DNA of 32,000 nucleotides from Pseudomonas aeruginosa (GCF_001457615.1 NZ_LN831024.1:2130001-2162000); one strand, 5' to 3'. Shown: positions 20,798-30,108, counted from the stretch's first letter. Notes: a model not told the origin generated them from the sequence alone. Made by a program: numbers and translations.

Positions 20798-20818
20798 GTT
20801 TCCGGGGCTGCCGGAAAC
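20798..20818 (-). promoter_or_regulatory. Hairpin in rne 5' leader 12 nt upstream of the start codon
   Basis: Minus-strand sense GTTTCCGG-cagcc-CCGGAAAC, perfect 8-bp arms; no obvious Shine-Dalgarno between it and the ATG (CCATTGGTACTAC-ATG). Confidence 0.5.
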
Positions 20819-21304
20819 GGCGATCGGCACACACGACTCTCACGGTCGGTGCTCGGGCGCGTATTCAGGAATGGCGGGCCATTCCCGTGTCCAGCGGCGC
20901 TCGGCACTGGGTGCCGGTCCGCGACTACGTCTCCTGCTTCCTGTGTTTCAGAAGCACTTGAGTCAGGAGGAGGAATCGGCTGTCGGAGGCGGACGAAAAA
21001 TGCGTCTGGATCAAGCTAGAAGCTACGCAGTCCAACAGCCGTACATCTCCACCCTACACATGTTCCTTAAGAATCGGGCGCCGCTCGCAGTATCCGGAGC
21101 GGGTTGGCATCTCGCGCTCACCGAAGTGGTCGCGGCTCATGTTTCAAGGCTTTGGTTTCGAGTCGTTAGCGGGTTGGAAATTTTCGTATTTCCGCTGAAA
21201 CGCCTCTGTAGGACGGCCTGACGTCCGTTCAAAGTGTTTGCAGGCGAGGGGGAAATGCAGGTTGGCAATCATCCGCAGGCCAGGCCGCTTATGGCGGCTT
21301 CCCG

Positions 21305-21333
21305 ACTATAGCAGCAATGATTAAGTGCTTCAA
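21305..21333 (-). promoter_or_regulatory. Predicted sigma70-type promoter for rne
   Basis: Minus strand TTGAAG (21333-21328) - 17 nt - TATAGT (21310-21305). Confidence 0.65.
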
Positions 21334-21346
21334 TTGAATGAAAAAT

Positions 21347-21355
21347 TGTTATGAT
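21347..21355 (+). promoter_or_regulatory. Predicted extended -10 promoter element for rluC
   Basis: TGtTATGAT (TG at 21347-21348, hexamer 21350-21355), only 6 nt between the hexamer and ATG 21362; weak -35. Confidence 0.55.
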
Positions 21356-21361
21356 GTACGG

Positions 21362-22318
21362 ATGACTACTCCCGCCTCTCCGACCACCGGTGTCCAGCTG
21401 CTCGATGTGCCGCCGGAACTGGCTGGTCAACGTATCGACAATTTCCTTATCGCCCGTCTCAAGGGTGCGCCCAAGACCCTGATCTATCGCATCCTGCGTA
21501 AGGGCGAAGTGCGCGTGAACAAGGGGCGGATCAAGCCCGACTATCGGCTCCAGGCCGGAGACCAGGTGCGCGTGCCGCCGCTGCGCCTGGCCGAGCGTGA
21601 TGAGCCGGCGCCGCTGGCGCAGGGGCTGCTGGAGCGGATGGAGGCGGCGATCGTCTACGAGGACAAGGCGCTGATCGTGGTCAACAAGCCCGCCGGGATC
21701 GCCGTGCATGGCGGCAGCGGCGTGAGCGCCGGGGTCATCGAGGTGTTTCGCCAGTTGCGCCCCGATGCCAAGGATATCGAATTGGTGCATCGTCTCGATC
21801 GCGATACCTCCGGCCTGCTGATGATCGCCAAGAAGCGCAGCATGTTGCGTCACCTGCATGAGGCCCTGCGGGGCGAGAAGATCGTCGACAAGCGCTATCA
21901 CGCCCTGGTCCGTGGCCACTGGCCGGCTGGCAAGAAGAACGTGCGCGCGCCGCTGCTGAAGAACAACCTGCGTTCGGGCGAGCGAATGGTAGAGGTGAAC
22001 GTCGAGGGCAAGGACGCGCTGACCGAGTTCCGGGTGCTGCGTCGCTTCGGCGATTTCGCCACCCTGGTGGAAGCACGCCCGATCACCGGGCGGACCCACC
22101 AGATCCGCGTGCATGCCAAGCACGCCGGGCATGCCATCGCCGGCGACCCGAAGTATGGCGACGAGGATTTCTCCCGCGAGATCCGCGAGCTGGGCGGCAA
22201 GCGCCTGTTCCTGCATGCCGCGCAGTTGCGCGTGCCGCTGCCCGACGGGCAGGTGCTGGAGCTGGAGGCGCCGGTGGACGAGATGTGGCAGCGTTCGCTG
22301 GAGCGTTTGAATGACTGA
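21362..22318 (+). CDS. rluC: 23S rRNA pseudouridine synthase RluC
   Basis: 318 aa from ATG 21362; [47 protein letters not shown], catalytic [16 protein letters not shown]; divergent from rne as in E. coli. Confidence 0.95.
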
Positions 22319-23003
22319 CTACGCGTTGCTGGTATTCGATTGGGACGGCACCCTGGTCGACTCGATCGCGCGCATCGTCGATTCGATGAAGGCGGCGGCG
22401 CGGGAAACCGCTCTGCCGGAGCGGGACGATACCCGGATCAAGGGCATCATCGGCCTCGGCTTGCCCGAGGCGATCGCTTCGCTCTATCCGGAGGTTGGCG
22501 ATCCTGCTCTGGTCGAGCGTTTCCGGTGTGCCTACAGCGAGCATTACCTGGCGCAGGAAGCGCAGCCGTCGCGGTTGTTCCCCGGCGTGGCCGAAGCCAT
22601 GGTGCATTTTCGCGAGGCCGGGTTCCGCCTGGCGGTCGCCACCGGCAAGAGTCGGCGCGGCCTGGACCGGGTGCTGGCGGGGCATGGCTGGAGCGATTTC
22701 TTCGATATCACCCGCTGCGCCGACGAAACGGCCAGCAAGCCGGACCCGTTGATGCTCCACGAGATCCTGGCGCACTGCCGGGTCGAGCCGGGGCGGGCGC
22801 TGATGATCGGTGATTCGCCGTTCGACCTGGAAATGGCGCGACGGGCGGGGATGGATTCGGTTGCGGTGGCCTATGGCGCCCAATCGCTGGAGCAGTTGCG
22901 GCCTTATGCGCCGCAGCTGGAAGTTGAGCATTTCACCGAGTTGCGCGCCTGGTTGGGCGGTGCTCGACGTGAGGCGGTTTCAGGAGTGGTTGAGCATGTC
23001 TGA
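22311..23003 (+). CDS. HAD-superfamily hydrolase (phosphoglycolate phosphatase-like)
   Basis: 230 aa; [51 protein letters not shown]; overlaps the rluC 3' end. Confidence 0.92.
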
Positions 23004-23976
23004 CGAGTGGAAGTCGGAAACGCCGAAAGCGAATGACGACAAGAGCTGGAAGCTGCTGGAAAAGGCGGTCCTCGCCGGGGTCCAGGAGCAGCGGCGGGCG
23101 CGGCGCTGGGGGATATTCTTCAAGTCGCTGACCTTCATCTATCTCTTTGTCGTGCTGCTGGCCTTCAGTCCGTTCGGCAGCCTGGAGAAATCGGCCTCGC
23201 GCAGCGGTAGCCACACGGCACTGATCGAGGTGAAGGGCATGATCGCCGACGATGAGCCGGCCAGTGCCGACAATATCGTCACTGCCCTGCGCGCGGCGTT
23301 CAAGGATGAGGGTACCAAGGGGATCGTCCTGCGGATCAGCAGTCCGGGCGGCAGTCCGGTGCAGTCCGGCTATATCTATGACGAGATTCGTCGCCTGCGC
23401 GGCGAGCACCCGAACGTCAAGGTCTATGCGGTGATCAGCGACCTGGGTGCCTCCGGCGCCTACTACATCGCCAGCGCCGCCGACCAGATCTACGCCGACA
23501 AGGCCAGCCTGGTCGGCTCCATCGGCGTGACGGCGGCCAGCTTCGGTTTCGTCGGCACCATGGAGAAGCTCGGTGTCGAGCGGCGCGTCTATACCTCCGG
23601 CGAGCACAAGTCGTTCCTCGATCCTTTCCAGCCGCAAAAGCCCGAGGAGACCCAGTTCTGGCAGCAGGTGCTGGATACCACCCACAAGCAGTTCATCGAC
23701 AGCGTGAAAAAAGGGCGCGGCGACCGGCTCAAGGTCGAGGGGCATCCGGAGCTGTTCTCGGGTCTGGTCTGGTCCGGCGAACAGGCATTGCAGCTGGGTT
23801 TGATCGACGGCCTGGGCAATGCCAGCTATGTGGCGCGCGAAGTGGTGAAGGAGAAGAAGATCGAGGACTACACCGTGCAGGAGTCGCCTTTCGATCGCTT
23901 CGCCAAGAAGTTCGGTGCCAGTGTGGCGGAGCGCCTCGCGCTGTGGATGGGCTGGCAGGGCCCGGTATTGCGCTGA
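22996..23976 (+). CDS. Signal peptide peptidase SppA / SohB-like serine protease (S49 family)
   Basis: 326 aa from ATG 22996; one TM helix, IVLRISSPGGSPVQSGYIYDEIRRLR, DLGASGAYYIASAADQIYADKASLVGSIGV. Confidence 0.92.
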   Translation: MSDEWKSETPKANDDKSWKLLEKAVLAGVQEQRRARRWGIFFKSLTFIYLFVVLLAFSPFGSLEKSASRSGSHTALIEVKGMIADDEPASADNIVTALRAAFKDEGTKGIVLRISSPGGSPVQSGYIYDEIRRLRGEHPNVKVYAVISDLGASGAYYIASAADQIYADKASLVGSIGVTAASFGFVGTMEKLGVERRVYTSGEHKSFLDPFQPQKPEETQFWQQVLDTTHKQFIDSVKKGRGDRLKVEGHPELFSGLVWSGEQALQLGLIDGLGNASYVAREVVKEKKIEDYTVQESPFDRFAKKFGASVAERLALWMGWQGPVLR

Positions 23977-23994
23977 GAGCGTTTCCCTTCCTTA

Positions 23995-24030
23995 TATAAA
24001 GAAGCCCGGCCGAAGCCGGGCTTCTTTATA
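23995..24030. terminator. Bidirectional intrinsic terminator between convergent sppA-like and maf genes
   Basis: TATAAAGAAGCCCGGC-cgaa-GCCGGGCTTCTTTATA perfect 16-bp arms. Confidence 0.93.
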
Positions 24031-24058
24031 TGGGAATGCCGGATATGGGAATGCCGGC
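24029..24058. repeat. Two tandem 15-bp units TATGGGAATGCCGG(A/C) adjoining the maf stop codon
   Basis: Direct read: tatgggaatgccgga tatgggaatgccggc. Confidence 0.8.
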
Positions 24059-24637
24059 TCAGGGGATTTCGACGCCTTCCTCGAGGAGCATGTCGACCAG
24101 GCGGATCAGGGGCAGTCCCACCAGGCTGGTGGCGTCCTCTCCTTCGGTGGAGCGGAACAGGCTGACGCCCAGGCCTTCCGCCTTGAAGCTGCCGGCGCAG
24201 TCCAGCGGGCGTTCCGCTTCGACGTAGCGGCGGATGCGGCTCTCGTCGAGGTGGCGGAAGTGCACGGTGAACGGCACGCATGCCACCTGGATGCGTCGGC
24301 TGGCGCTGTTGAGGAGGGCCAGTCCGGTGAGGAAGGTCACGCTCTTGCCGCTGGCGTCCCGTAGCTGCTGGATGGCGCGTTCGGGGGTGTGCGGCTTGCC
24401 GAGGATGTTGCCGTCGAGTACGGCGACCTGGTCGGAGCCGATCACCAGGTGTTGCGGATAGCGTCCGGCCAGCGCTTCGGCCTTGCTGGCGGAAAGGCGG
24501 CGCACCAGTTCCTCGGCACTTTCCCCGGGGCGATGGCTTTCGTCGATATCGGGGCTGGCGCTTTCGAAGGGAAGGCGCAGGCGGGTCAGGAGTTCGCGTC
24601 GGTAGGGGGAGCTGGAGGCGAGGATCAGGTCGGGCAT
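24059..24637 (-). CDS. maf: Maf-like nucleotide pyrophosphatase (YceF subgroup)
   Basis: MPDLILASSSPYRRELLTRLRLPFESASPDIDES..., GSDQVAVLDGNILGKP; internal ATG at 24637 preferred over 24649 because GGAG lies just upstream. Confidence 0.92.
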   Translation of the reverse strand: MPDLILASSSPYRRELLTRLRLPFESASPDIDESHRPGESAEELVRRLSASKAEALAGRYPQHLVIGSDQVAVLDGNILGKPHTPERAIQQLRDASGKSVTFLTGLALLNSASRRIQVACVPFTVHFRHLDESRIRRYVEAERPLDCAGSFKAEGLGVSLFRSTEGEDATSLVGLPLIRLVDMLLEEGVEIP

Positions 24638-24709
24638 GAGGTTCTCCATGGCGAGCGGCCGATTTTAACGAAAAGACTCGTCCTTACAGCGGTTTATGGC
24701 TAATTTCCT

Positions 24710-24737
24710 TTGACAGGCGCGGGGGCGTCCCTATAAT
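24710..24737 (+). promoter_or_regulatory. Perfect-consensus sigma70 promoter for the yceD-rpmF-plsX-fab operon
   Basis: TTGACA (24710-24715) - 16 nt - TATAAT (24732-24737). Confidence 0.85.
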
Positions 24738-24746
24738 GGCGCGCTT

Positions 24747-25283
24747 ATGTTGAATGGGCCGATTCCACCTCATATCGATCCGCGCAAGTTGGTCGACCGC
24801 GGCGCCACCCTCGAGGGTGTGTACGCGCTCGCCGATATGCCGCGTGTATGCGAGCAACTGACCAGCGATGCCGGTGAGGTGCGCGTGAAGGTTTCCTTCG
24901 AGCGCGACCACCAGAAGCTGGCGGTCATGCATATGCAGCTCGATACCGAGGTGAGCATGGTATGCCAACGCTGCCTGGATGCGGCGGCCATTCCCGTGCA
25001 TGGCGAATATACCTACGCCATTCTTCGGGAAGGTCAGTCCGCCGACGGTCTGCCGAAGGGGTACGATGCGCTGGAAGTGGGGGAGGAACCCCTGGACCTG
25101 CTGGCGCTGGTCGAGGACGAGCTGTTGCTCGCCTTACCCATCGTTCCGGCCCATGACCCCGAAGTATGTCAGCACCCGGCTGGATTCGTCGTCGAAGACG
25201 AGCCGGAGTCGAGCGAAGTCGAGGACAAGCGTCCTAATCCGTTCAGCGTACTGGCACAGTTGAAGCGTGACCCAAACGTTTAG
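24747..25283 (+). CDS. yceD: YceD/DUF177 family protein (23S rRNA accumulation protein)
   Basis: 178 aa; MLNGPIPPHIDPRKLVDRGATLEGVYALADMPRV..., VSMVCQRCLDAA; immediately upstream of rpmF. Confidence 0.93.
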   Translation: MLNGPIPPHIDPRKLVDRGATLEGVYALADMPRVCEQLTSDAGEVRVKVSFERDHQKLAVMHMQLDTEVSMVCQRCLDAAAIPVHGEYTYAILREGQSADGLPKGYDALEVGEEPLDLLALVEDELLLALPIVPAHDPEVCQHPAGFVVEDEPESSEVEDKRPNPFSVLAQLKRDPNV

Positions 25284-25296
25284 GAGTTAATCAATC

Positions 25297-25479
25297 ATGG
25301 CTGTTCAGCAGAACAAAAAGTCTCGTTCCGCTCGTGACATGCGTCGTTCCCACGATGCGCTCGAGTCCAATGCTCTGTCCGTGGAAAAGAGCACCGGTGA
25401 AGTCCACCTGCGCCACCACGTATCCCCGGACGGCTTCTATCGCGGCCGTAAGGTAGTAGACAAGGGCTCCGACGAGTAA
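25297..25479 (+). CDS. rpmF: 50S ribosomal protein L32
   Basis: 60 aa [60 protein letters not shown]. Confidence 0.98.
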
Positions 25480-25482
25480 TCC

Positions 25483-26493
25483 TTGTCCGCACCAATCATC
25501 GCGATTGATGCAATGGGTGGGGACTTCGGTCCCCACTGCGTTGTTCCGGCCTCTATTGCCTTCCTGGCCGAGAATTCCTCTTCGCAACTGATCCTCGTCG
25601 GTCAGCCTGCCCTCCTCGAAGAACTCCTTTCCCGCTATCCGTCGCTCGACCGGCAGCGCCTGCGTGTGCATGCGGCCAGCGAAGTGATAGGTTCAGACGA
25701 ACGTCCCTCCCAGGCCTTGCGTGGCAAGCCGGACGCTTCCATGCGCGTGGCGCTGGAGCTGGTCCGCGACGGCCGGGCGCACGCGTGCGTCAGCGCCGGC
25801 AATACCGGGGCGTTGATGGCGCTGTCGCGGCACCTGCTGAAGACCCTGCCCGGTATCGACCGCCCTGCGATGGTGACGGCGGTTCCGACCGAGAAGGGGC
25901 ATTGTCATCTGCTCGACCTCGGCGCCAACGTGGATTGCAGTGCCGAGCATCTCTATCAGTTCGCGGTGATGGGCGCGGTGGCGGCAGAGGCCTTGGGCTG
26001 CGTCTCGCCCCGGGTCGCCCTGCTCAACGTGGGGACCGAGGAGATCAAGGGCAACCAGCAGGTCAAGCTGGCGGCGAGTCTGTTGCAGAAGGCGCAGGGG
26101 TTGAATTTCAGCGGATACATAGAGGGCGATGGCCTGTATCGCGGCGAGGCCGACGTGGTGGTCTGCGACGGTTTCGTCGGCAACATCCTGCTGAAGGCCA
26201 GCGAAGGCCTGGCTGCCATGGTGTCGGCGCGGATCGAACAGCGCTTCCGCGATGGACTGGCGGCGAAGCTGGTCGGTGCGCTGGCGTTGCCGCTGCTGCG
26301 CCGGCTGCGCGGCGATATCGCTCCGGCACGCTATAACGGCGCCAGTTTCCTCGGATTGCAGGGGATAGTGGTGAAAAGCCATGGGTCTGCCGCCGAGGAG
26401 GGTTTCCAGAGCGCCTTGCGTCGCGCGGCACTGGAAGTCCGGGAAAACCTGCCGCAACGATTGCATGGCCGTCTCGAGCATCTGCTGCTCTAA
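25483..26493 (+). CDS. plsX: Phosphate acyltransferase PlsX
   Basis: 336 aa from a TTG start; [23 protein letters not shown]..., [27 protein letters not shown]. Confidence 0.96.
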   Translation: MSAPIIAIDAMGGDFGPHCVVPASIAFLAENSSSQLILVGQPALLEELLSRYPSLDRQRLRVHAASEVIGSDERPSQALRGKPDASMRVALELVRDGRAHACVSAGNTGALMALSRHLLKTLPGIDRPAMVTAVPTEKGHCHLLDLGANVDCSAEHLYQFAVMGAVAAEALGCVSPRVALLNVGTEEIKGNQQVKLAASLLQKAQGLNFSGYIEGDGLYRGEADVVVCDGFVGNILLKASEGLAAMVSARIEQRFRDGLAAKLVGALALPLLRRLRGDIAPARYNGASFLGLQGIVVKSHGSAAEEGFQSALRRAALEVRENLPQRLHGRLEHLLL

Positions 26494-26598
26494 TGTGTGA
26501 CCGGGCGGTCCAGGCAGCCATCCAACACTCAGTTTCCTGCGCCAGTCGCGGCTGGCGCGTTATCTCCGACGAGCAAAAGACCACAAGGGACCTATTCA

Positions 26599-27537
26599 AT
26601 GTCTGCATCCCTCGCATTCGTCTTCCCCGGCCAGGGTTCGCAATCCCTCGGCATGCTGGCCGAGCTGGGCGCCCAGCAGGCGCTGGTGCGCGATACCTTC
26701 GCCGAGGCCTCCGAGGCGCTCGGTTACGACCTTTGGGCGCTGGTCCAGAATGGTCCTGAAGAGCGCCTGAACCAGACCGACAAGACCCAGCCGGCCATCC
26801 TCACGGTTTCGATCGCGCTCTGGCGCCTCTGGCTGGCCGAGGGCGGTGCGCGCCCAGCGTTCGTCGCCGGGCACAGCCTGGGCGAATATTCCGCGCTGGT
26901 CGCGGCCGAAAGCCTGGCGTTCGCCGATGCGGTCAAGCTGGTCGAGCGTAGGGGCCAACTGATGCAGCAGGCGGTTCCGGCGGGGCAGGGCGGCATGGCC
27001 GCGATCCTTGGCCTGGAAGACGCCGATGTATTGGCGGCCTGTGCCGAGGCGGCCCAGGGCGAGGTGGTCAGCGCGGTCAACTTCAACGCGCCGGGGCAGG
27101 TAGTGATCGCCGGTGCCGCGGCTGCCGTTGAGCGTGCCATCGAGGCATGCAAGGCACGCGGCGCCAAGCGCGCGGTGGCGCTGCCAGTCAGCGTGCCGTC
27201 GCATTGCGAACTGATGCGTCCGGCCGCCGAGCAGTTCGCCGCCTCGGTCGAAAGCCTGCAGTGGCAGGCGCCGAAGATTGCGCTGGTGCAGAACGTCAGC
27301 GCCGCCGTGCCGGCTGATCTCGATACGCTGCGCCGCGACCTGCTGGCACAGCTGTACAGCCCGGTTCGCTGGGTGGAGAGCATCCAGCTGCTGGCGGAAA
27401 AGGGCGTCACCGAGCTGGTCGAGTGCGGGCCGGGCAAGGTCCTGGCAGGCCTCAACAGGCGCTGCGCGAAGGGCATCAATACCCATGGCCTGGATGGCGT
27501 CGAGGCGTTCGCCGCCACGCGCGCCGCCCTGGCCTGA
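26599..27537 (+). CDS. fabD: Malonyl-CoA:ACP transacylase
   Basis: 312 aa from ATG 26599; LAFVFPGQGSQSLGML, GHSLGEYSALVAAESL, QLYSPVRWVESIQ. Confidence 0.97.
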   Translation: MSASLAFVFPGQGSQSLGMLAELGAQQALVRDTFAEASEALGYDLWALVQNGPEERLNQTDKTQPAILTVSIALWRLWLAEGGARPAFVAGHSLGEYSALVAAESLAFADAVKLVERRGQLMQQAVPAGQGGMAAILGLEDADVLAACAEAAQGEVVSAVNFNAPGQVVIAGAAAAVERAIEACKARGAKRAVALPVSVPSHCELMRPAAEQFAASVESLQWQAPKIALVQNVSAAVPADLDTLRRDLLAQLYSPVRWVESIQLLAEKGVTELVECGPGKVLAGLNRRCAKGINTHGLDGVEAFAATRAALA

Positions 27538-27559
27538 GAGAGAGAAAGGAGAGAATCCC

Positions 27560-28303
27560 ATGAGTCTGCAAGGTAAGGTCGCATTGGTAACCGGCGCCAG
27601 CCGTGGCATCGGCCAGGCGATTGCGCTGGAACTGGGGCGCCTGGGTGCCGTGGTCATCGGCACCGCGACCAGCGCGTCCGGCGCCGAGAAGATCGCCGAA
27701 ACCCTCAAGGCCAATGGCGTCGAGGGTGCGGGCCTGGTCCTGGACGTTTCCAGCGACGAATCCGTAGCCGCGACCCTGGAGCACATCCAGCAGCATCTCG
27801 GCCAACCGCTGATCGTGGTCAATAACGCCGGCATCACCCGCGATAATCTGCTGGTGCGCATGAAAGACGACGAGTGGTTCGATGTGGTCAACACCAACCT
27901 GAACAGTCTCTACCGTCTGTCGAAAGCCGTTCTGCGCGGTATGACCAAGGCCCGCTGGGGGCGCATCATCAACATCGGTTCCGTGGTCGGCGCCATGGGC
28001 AATGCCGGGCAAACCAACTATGCCGCGGCGAAGGCCGGCCTGGAGGGCTTCACCCGTGCGCTGGCCCGGGAAGTCGGTTCGCGTGCCATTACCGTGAATG
28101 CGGTGGCGCCGGGCTTCATCGACACCGACATGACCCGCGAGCTGCCGGAAGCCCAGCGCGAAGCGCTGCTGGGCCAGATTCCGCTGGGTCGCCTGGGGCA
28201 GGCGGAAGAGATCGCCAAGGTGGTCGGCTTCCTCGCTTCGGACGGCGCAGCCTATGTGACCGGGGCCACCGTGCCGGTCAATGGTGGGATGTACATGAGC
28301 TGA
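27560..28303 (+). CDS. fabG: 3-oxoacyl-[ACP] reductase
   Basis: 247 aa SDR; MSLQGKVALVTGASRGIGQAIALELG, NNAGITRDNLLVRM, YAAAKAGLEGFTRALAREV; AAAGGAG SD. Confidence 0.98.
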   Translation: MSLQGKVALVTGASRGIGQAIALELGRLGAVVIGTATSASGAEKIAETLKANGVEGAGLVLDVSSDESVAATLEHIQQHLGQPLIVVNNAGITRDNLLVRMKDDEWFDVVNTNLNSLYRLSKAVLRGMTKARWGRIINIGSVVGAMGNAGQTNYAAAKAGLEGFTRALAREVGSRAITVNAVAPGFIDTDMTRELPEAQREALLGQIPLGRLGQAEEIAKVVGFLASDGAAYVTGATVPVNGGMYMS

Positions 28304-28420
28304 ATGTGACGTTACCTTTCTCGGGTCTGTCATAAGCGCTGTCTAGAATTCGTTGCGGAATTGCAGCCGGGTTATTAGATAGAATTATCGAAGTGGCCGT
28401 GGGAAGGTGAGGCGTTCAGC

Positions 28421-28448
28421 TTGAAAAGCAGAAAACCCTTTCTATACA
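28421..28448 (+). promoter_or_regulatory. Predicted sigma70 promoter for acpP
   Basis: TTGAAA (28421-28426) - 16 nt - TATACA (28443-28448) in the 195-bp fabG-acpP gap. Confidence 0.65.
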
Positions 28449-28498
28449 CTTACCCGCAGCCCAGCTGCTCGGATTTTCCATAGGAGTGAAAACAAGGT

Positions 28499-28735
28499 AT
28501 GAGCACCATCGAAGAACGCGTTAAGAAGATCGTCGCTGAACAACTCGGCGTGAAGGAAGAAGAAGTCACCAACAGCGCTTCCTTCGTCGAAGACCTGGGC
28601 GCCGACTCCCTTGACACCGTCGAGCTGGTGATGGCTCTGGAAGAGGAATTCGAGACCGAAATCCCTGACGAGAAAGCTGAAAAGATCACCACCGTTCAGG
28701 AAGCCATCGACTACATCGTTGCTCACCAGCAATAA
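28499..28735 (+). CDS. acpP: Acyl carrier protein
   Basis: 78 aa; [51 protein letters not shown], phosphopantetheine site GADSLD. Confidence 0.98.
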   Translation: MSTIEERVKKIVAEQLGVKEEEVTNSASFVEDLGADSLDTVELVMALEEEFETEIPDEKAEKITTVQEAIDYIVAHQQ

Positions 28736-28760
28736 GTAGTCGTCGGATTTTCCGACGTGG

Positions 28761-28795
28761 AAAAGCCGCACAGCCTGTAAGGGCGTGCGGCTTTT
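28761..28795 (+). terminator. Intrinsic terminator after acpP
   Basis: AAAAGCCGCAC-agcctgtaagggc-GTGCGGCTTTT, 11-bp arms plus T-rich tail. Confidence 0.85.
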
Positions 28796-28863
28796 CTTTA
28801 GCGCCTTACCTACTCTGGTAGTCTGTCGGCGCAACCCCGTGAAATGAGAAAGAGGAAGTCGTA

Positions 28864-30108
28864 GTGTCGCGTAGACGCGTCGTCATTACTGGCATGGGCA
28901 TGCTGTCGCCGTTGGGCCTGGATGTCCCGAGCAGTTGGGAAGGTATTCTCGCCGGTCGCAGCGGGATCGCCCCGATCGAGCATATGGACCTGTCCGCCTA
29001 TTCCACCCGCTTCGGTGGTTCGGTCAAGGGTTTCAATGTCGAGGAATACCTGTCCGCCAAGGAAGCCCGCAAGCTCGACCTGTTCATCCAGTACGGTCTC
29101 GCCGCCAGCTTCCAGGCCGTTCGCGATTCCGGCCTGGAGGTCACCGACGCCAATCGTGAGCGTATCGGCGTATCCATGGGTTCCGGTATCGGCGGCCTGA
29201 CCAATATCGAGAACAACTGCCGATCCCTGTTCGAGCAGGGGCCGCGGCGCATCTCGCCGTTCTTCGTGCCCGGTTCGATCATCAACATGGTTTCCGGCTT
29301 CCTGTCGATCCACCTGGGTCTGCAGGGGCCCAACTACGCCCTCACCACCGCCTGCACCACCGGTACCCACAGCATCGGCATGGCTGCTCGCAACATCGCC
29401 TATGGCGAGGCCGACGTGATGGTCGCCGGCGGTTCCGAAATGGCTGCCTGCGGTCTCGGCCTGGGCGGTTTCGGCGCGGCTCGCGCGCTCTCCACTCGCA
29501 ACGACGAGCCGACCCGTGCCAGCCGTCCGTGGGACCGGGATCGCGACGGCTTCGTCCTGTCCGACGGTTCCGGCGCCCTGGTGCTCGAAGAACTGGAGCA
29601 CGCCCGTGCCCGCGGCGCGCGGATCTATGCCGAGCTGGTTGGCTTCGGCATGAGCGGCGACGCTTTCCACATGACCGCGCCGCCGGAAGACGGCGCCGGT
29701 GCCGCCCGCTGCATGAAGAACGCGCTGCGCGATGCCGGCCTGGATCCTCGCCAGGTCGATTACATCAACGCCCATGGCACCTCCACCCCGGCCGGCGACA
29801 TCGCCGAGATCGCCGCGGTGAAGAGCGTGTTCGGCGAGCATGCCCATGCGCTGTCGATGAGTTCGACCAAGTCGATGACCGGCCACCTGTTGGGTGCCGC
29901 CGGTGCGGTGGAGGCGATCTTCAGCGTGCTGGCCCTGCGCGACCAGGTCGCCCCGCCGACCATCAACCTGGACAACCCGGACGAAGGTTGCGACCTCGAC
30001 CTGGTGGCCCACGAAGCCAAGCCGCGCAAGATCGACGTGGCCCTGTCGAACTCGTTCGGTTTCGGCGGGACCAACGGCACCCTGGTGTTCCGCAGGTTCG
30101 CCGACTGA
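28864..30108 (+). CDS. fabF: Beta-ketoacyl-[ACP] synthase II
   Basis: 414 aa from GTG; [67 protein letters not shown]. Confidence 0.97.
   Translation: MSRRRVVITGMGMLSPLGLDVPSSWEGILAGRSGIAPIEHMDLSAYSTRFGGSVKGFNVEEYLSAKEARKLDLFIQYGLAASFQAVRDSGLEVTDANRERIGVSMGSGIGGLTNIENNCRSLFEQGPRRISPFFVPGSIINMVSGFLSIHLGLQGPNYALTTACTTGTHSIGMAARNIAYGEADVMVAGGSEMAACGLGLGGFGAARALSTRNDEPTRASRPWDRDRDGFVLSDGSGALVLEELEHARARGARIYAELVGFGMSGDAFHMTAPPEDGAGAARCMKNALRDAGLDPRQVDYINAHGTSTPAGDIAEIAAVKSVFGEHAHALSMSSTKSMTGHLLGAAGAVEAIFSVLALRDQVAPPTINLDNPDEGCDLDLVAHEAKPRKIDVALSNSFGFGGTNGTLVFRRFAD

Noticed and set aside
17483-21019. A 1178-aa plus-strand ORF spanning nearly all of rne
   Set aside because: It is antisense to a clear RNase E coding sequence; its low-complexity composition follows from high GC codon bias and the repetitive rne C-terminus. 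No family motifs or SD support.
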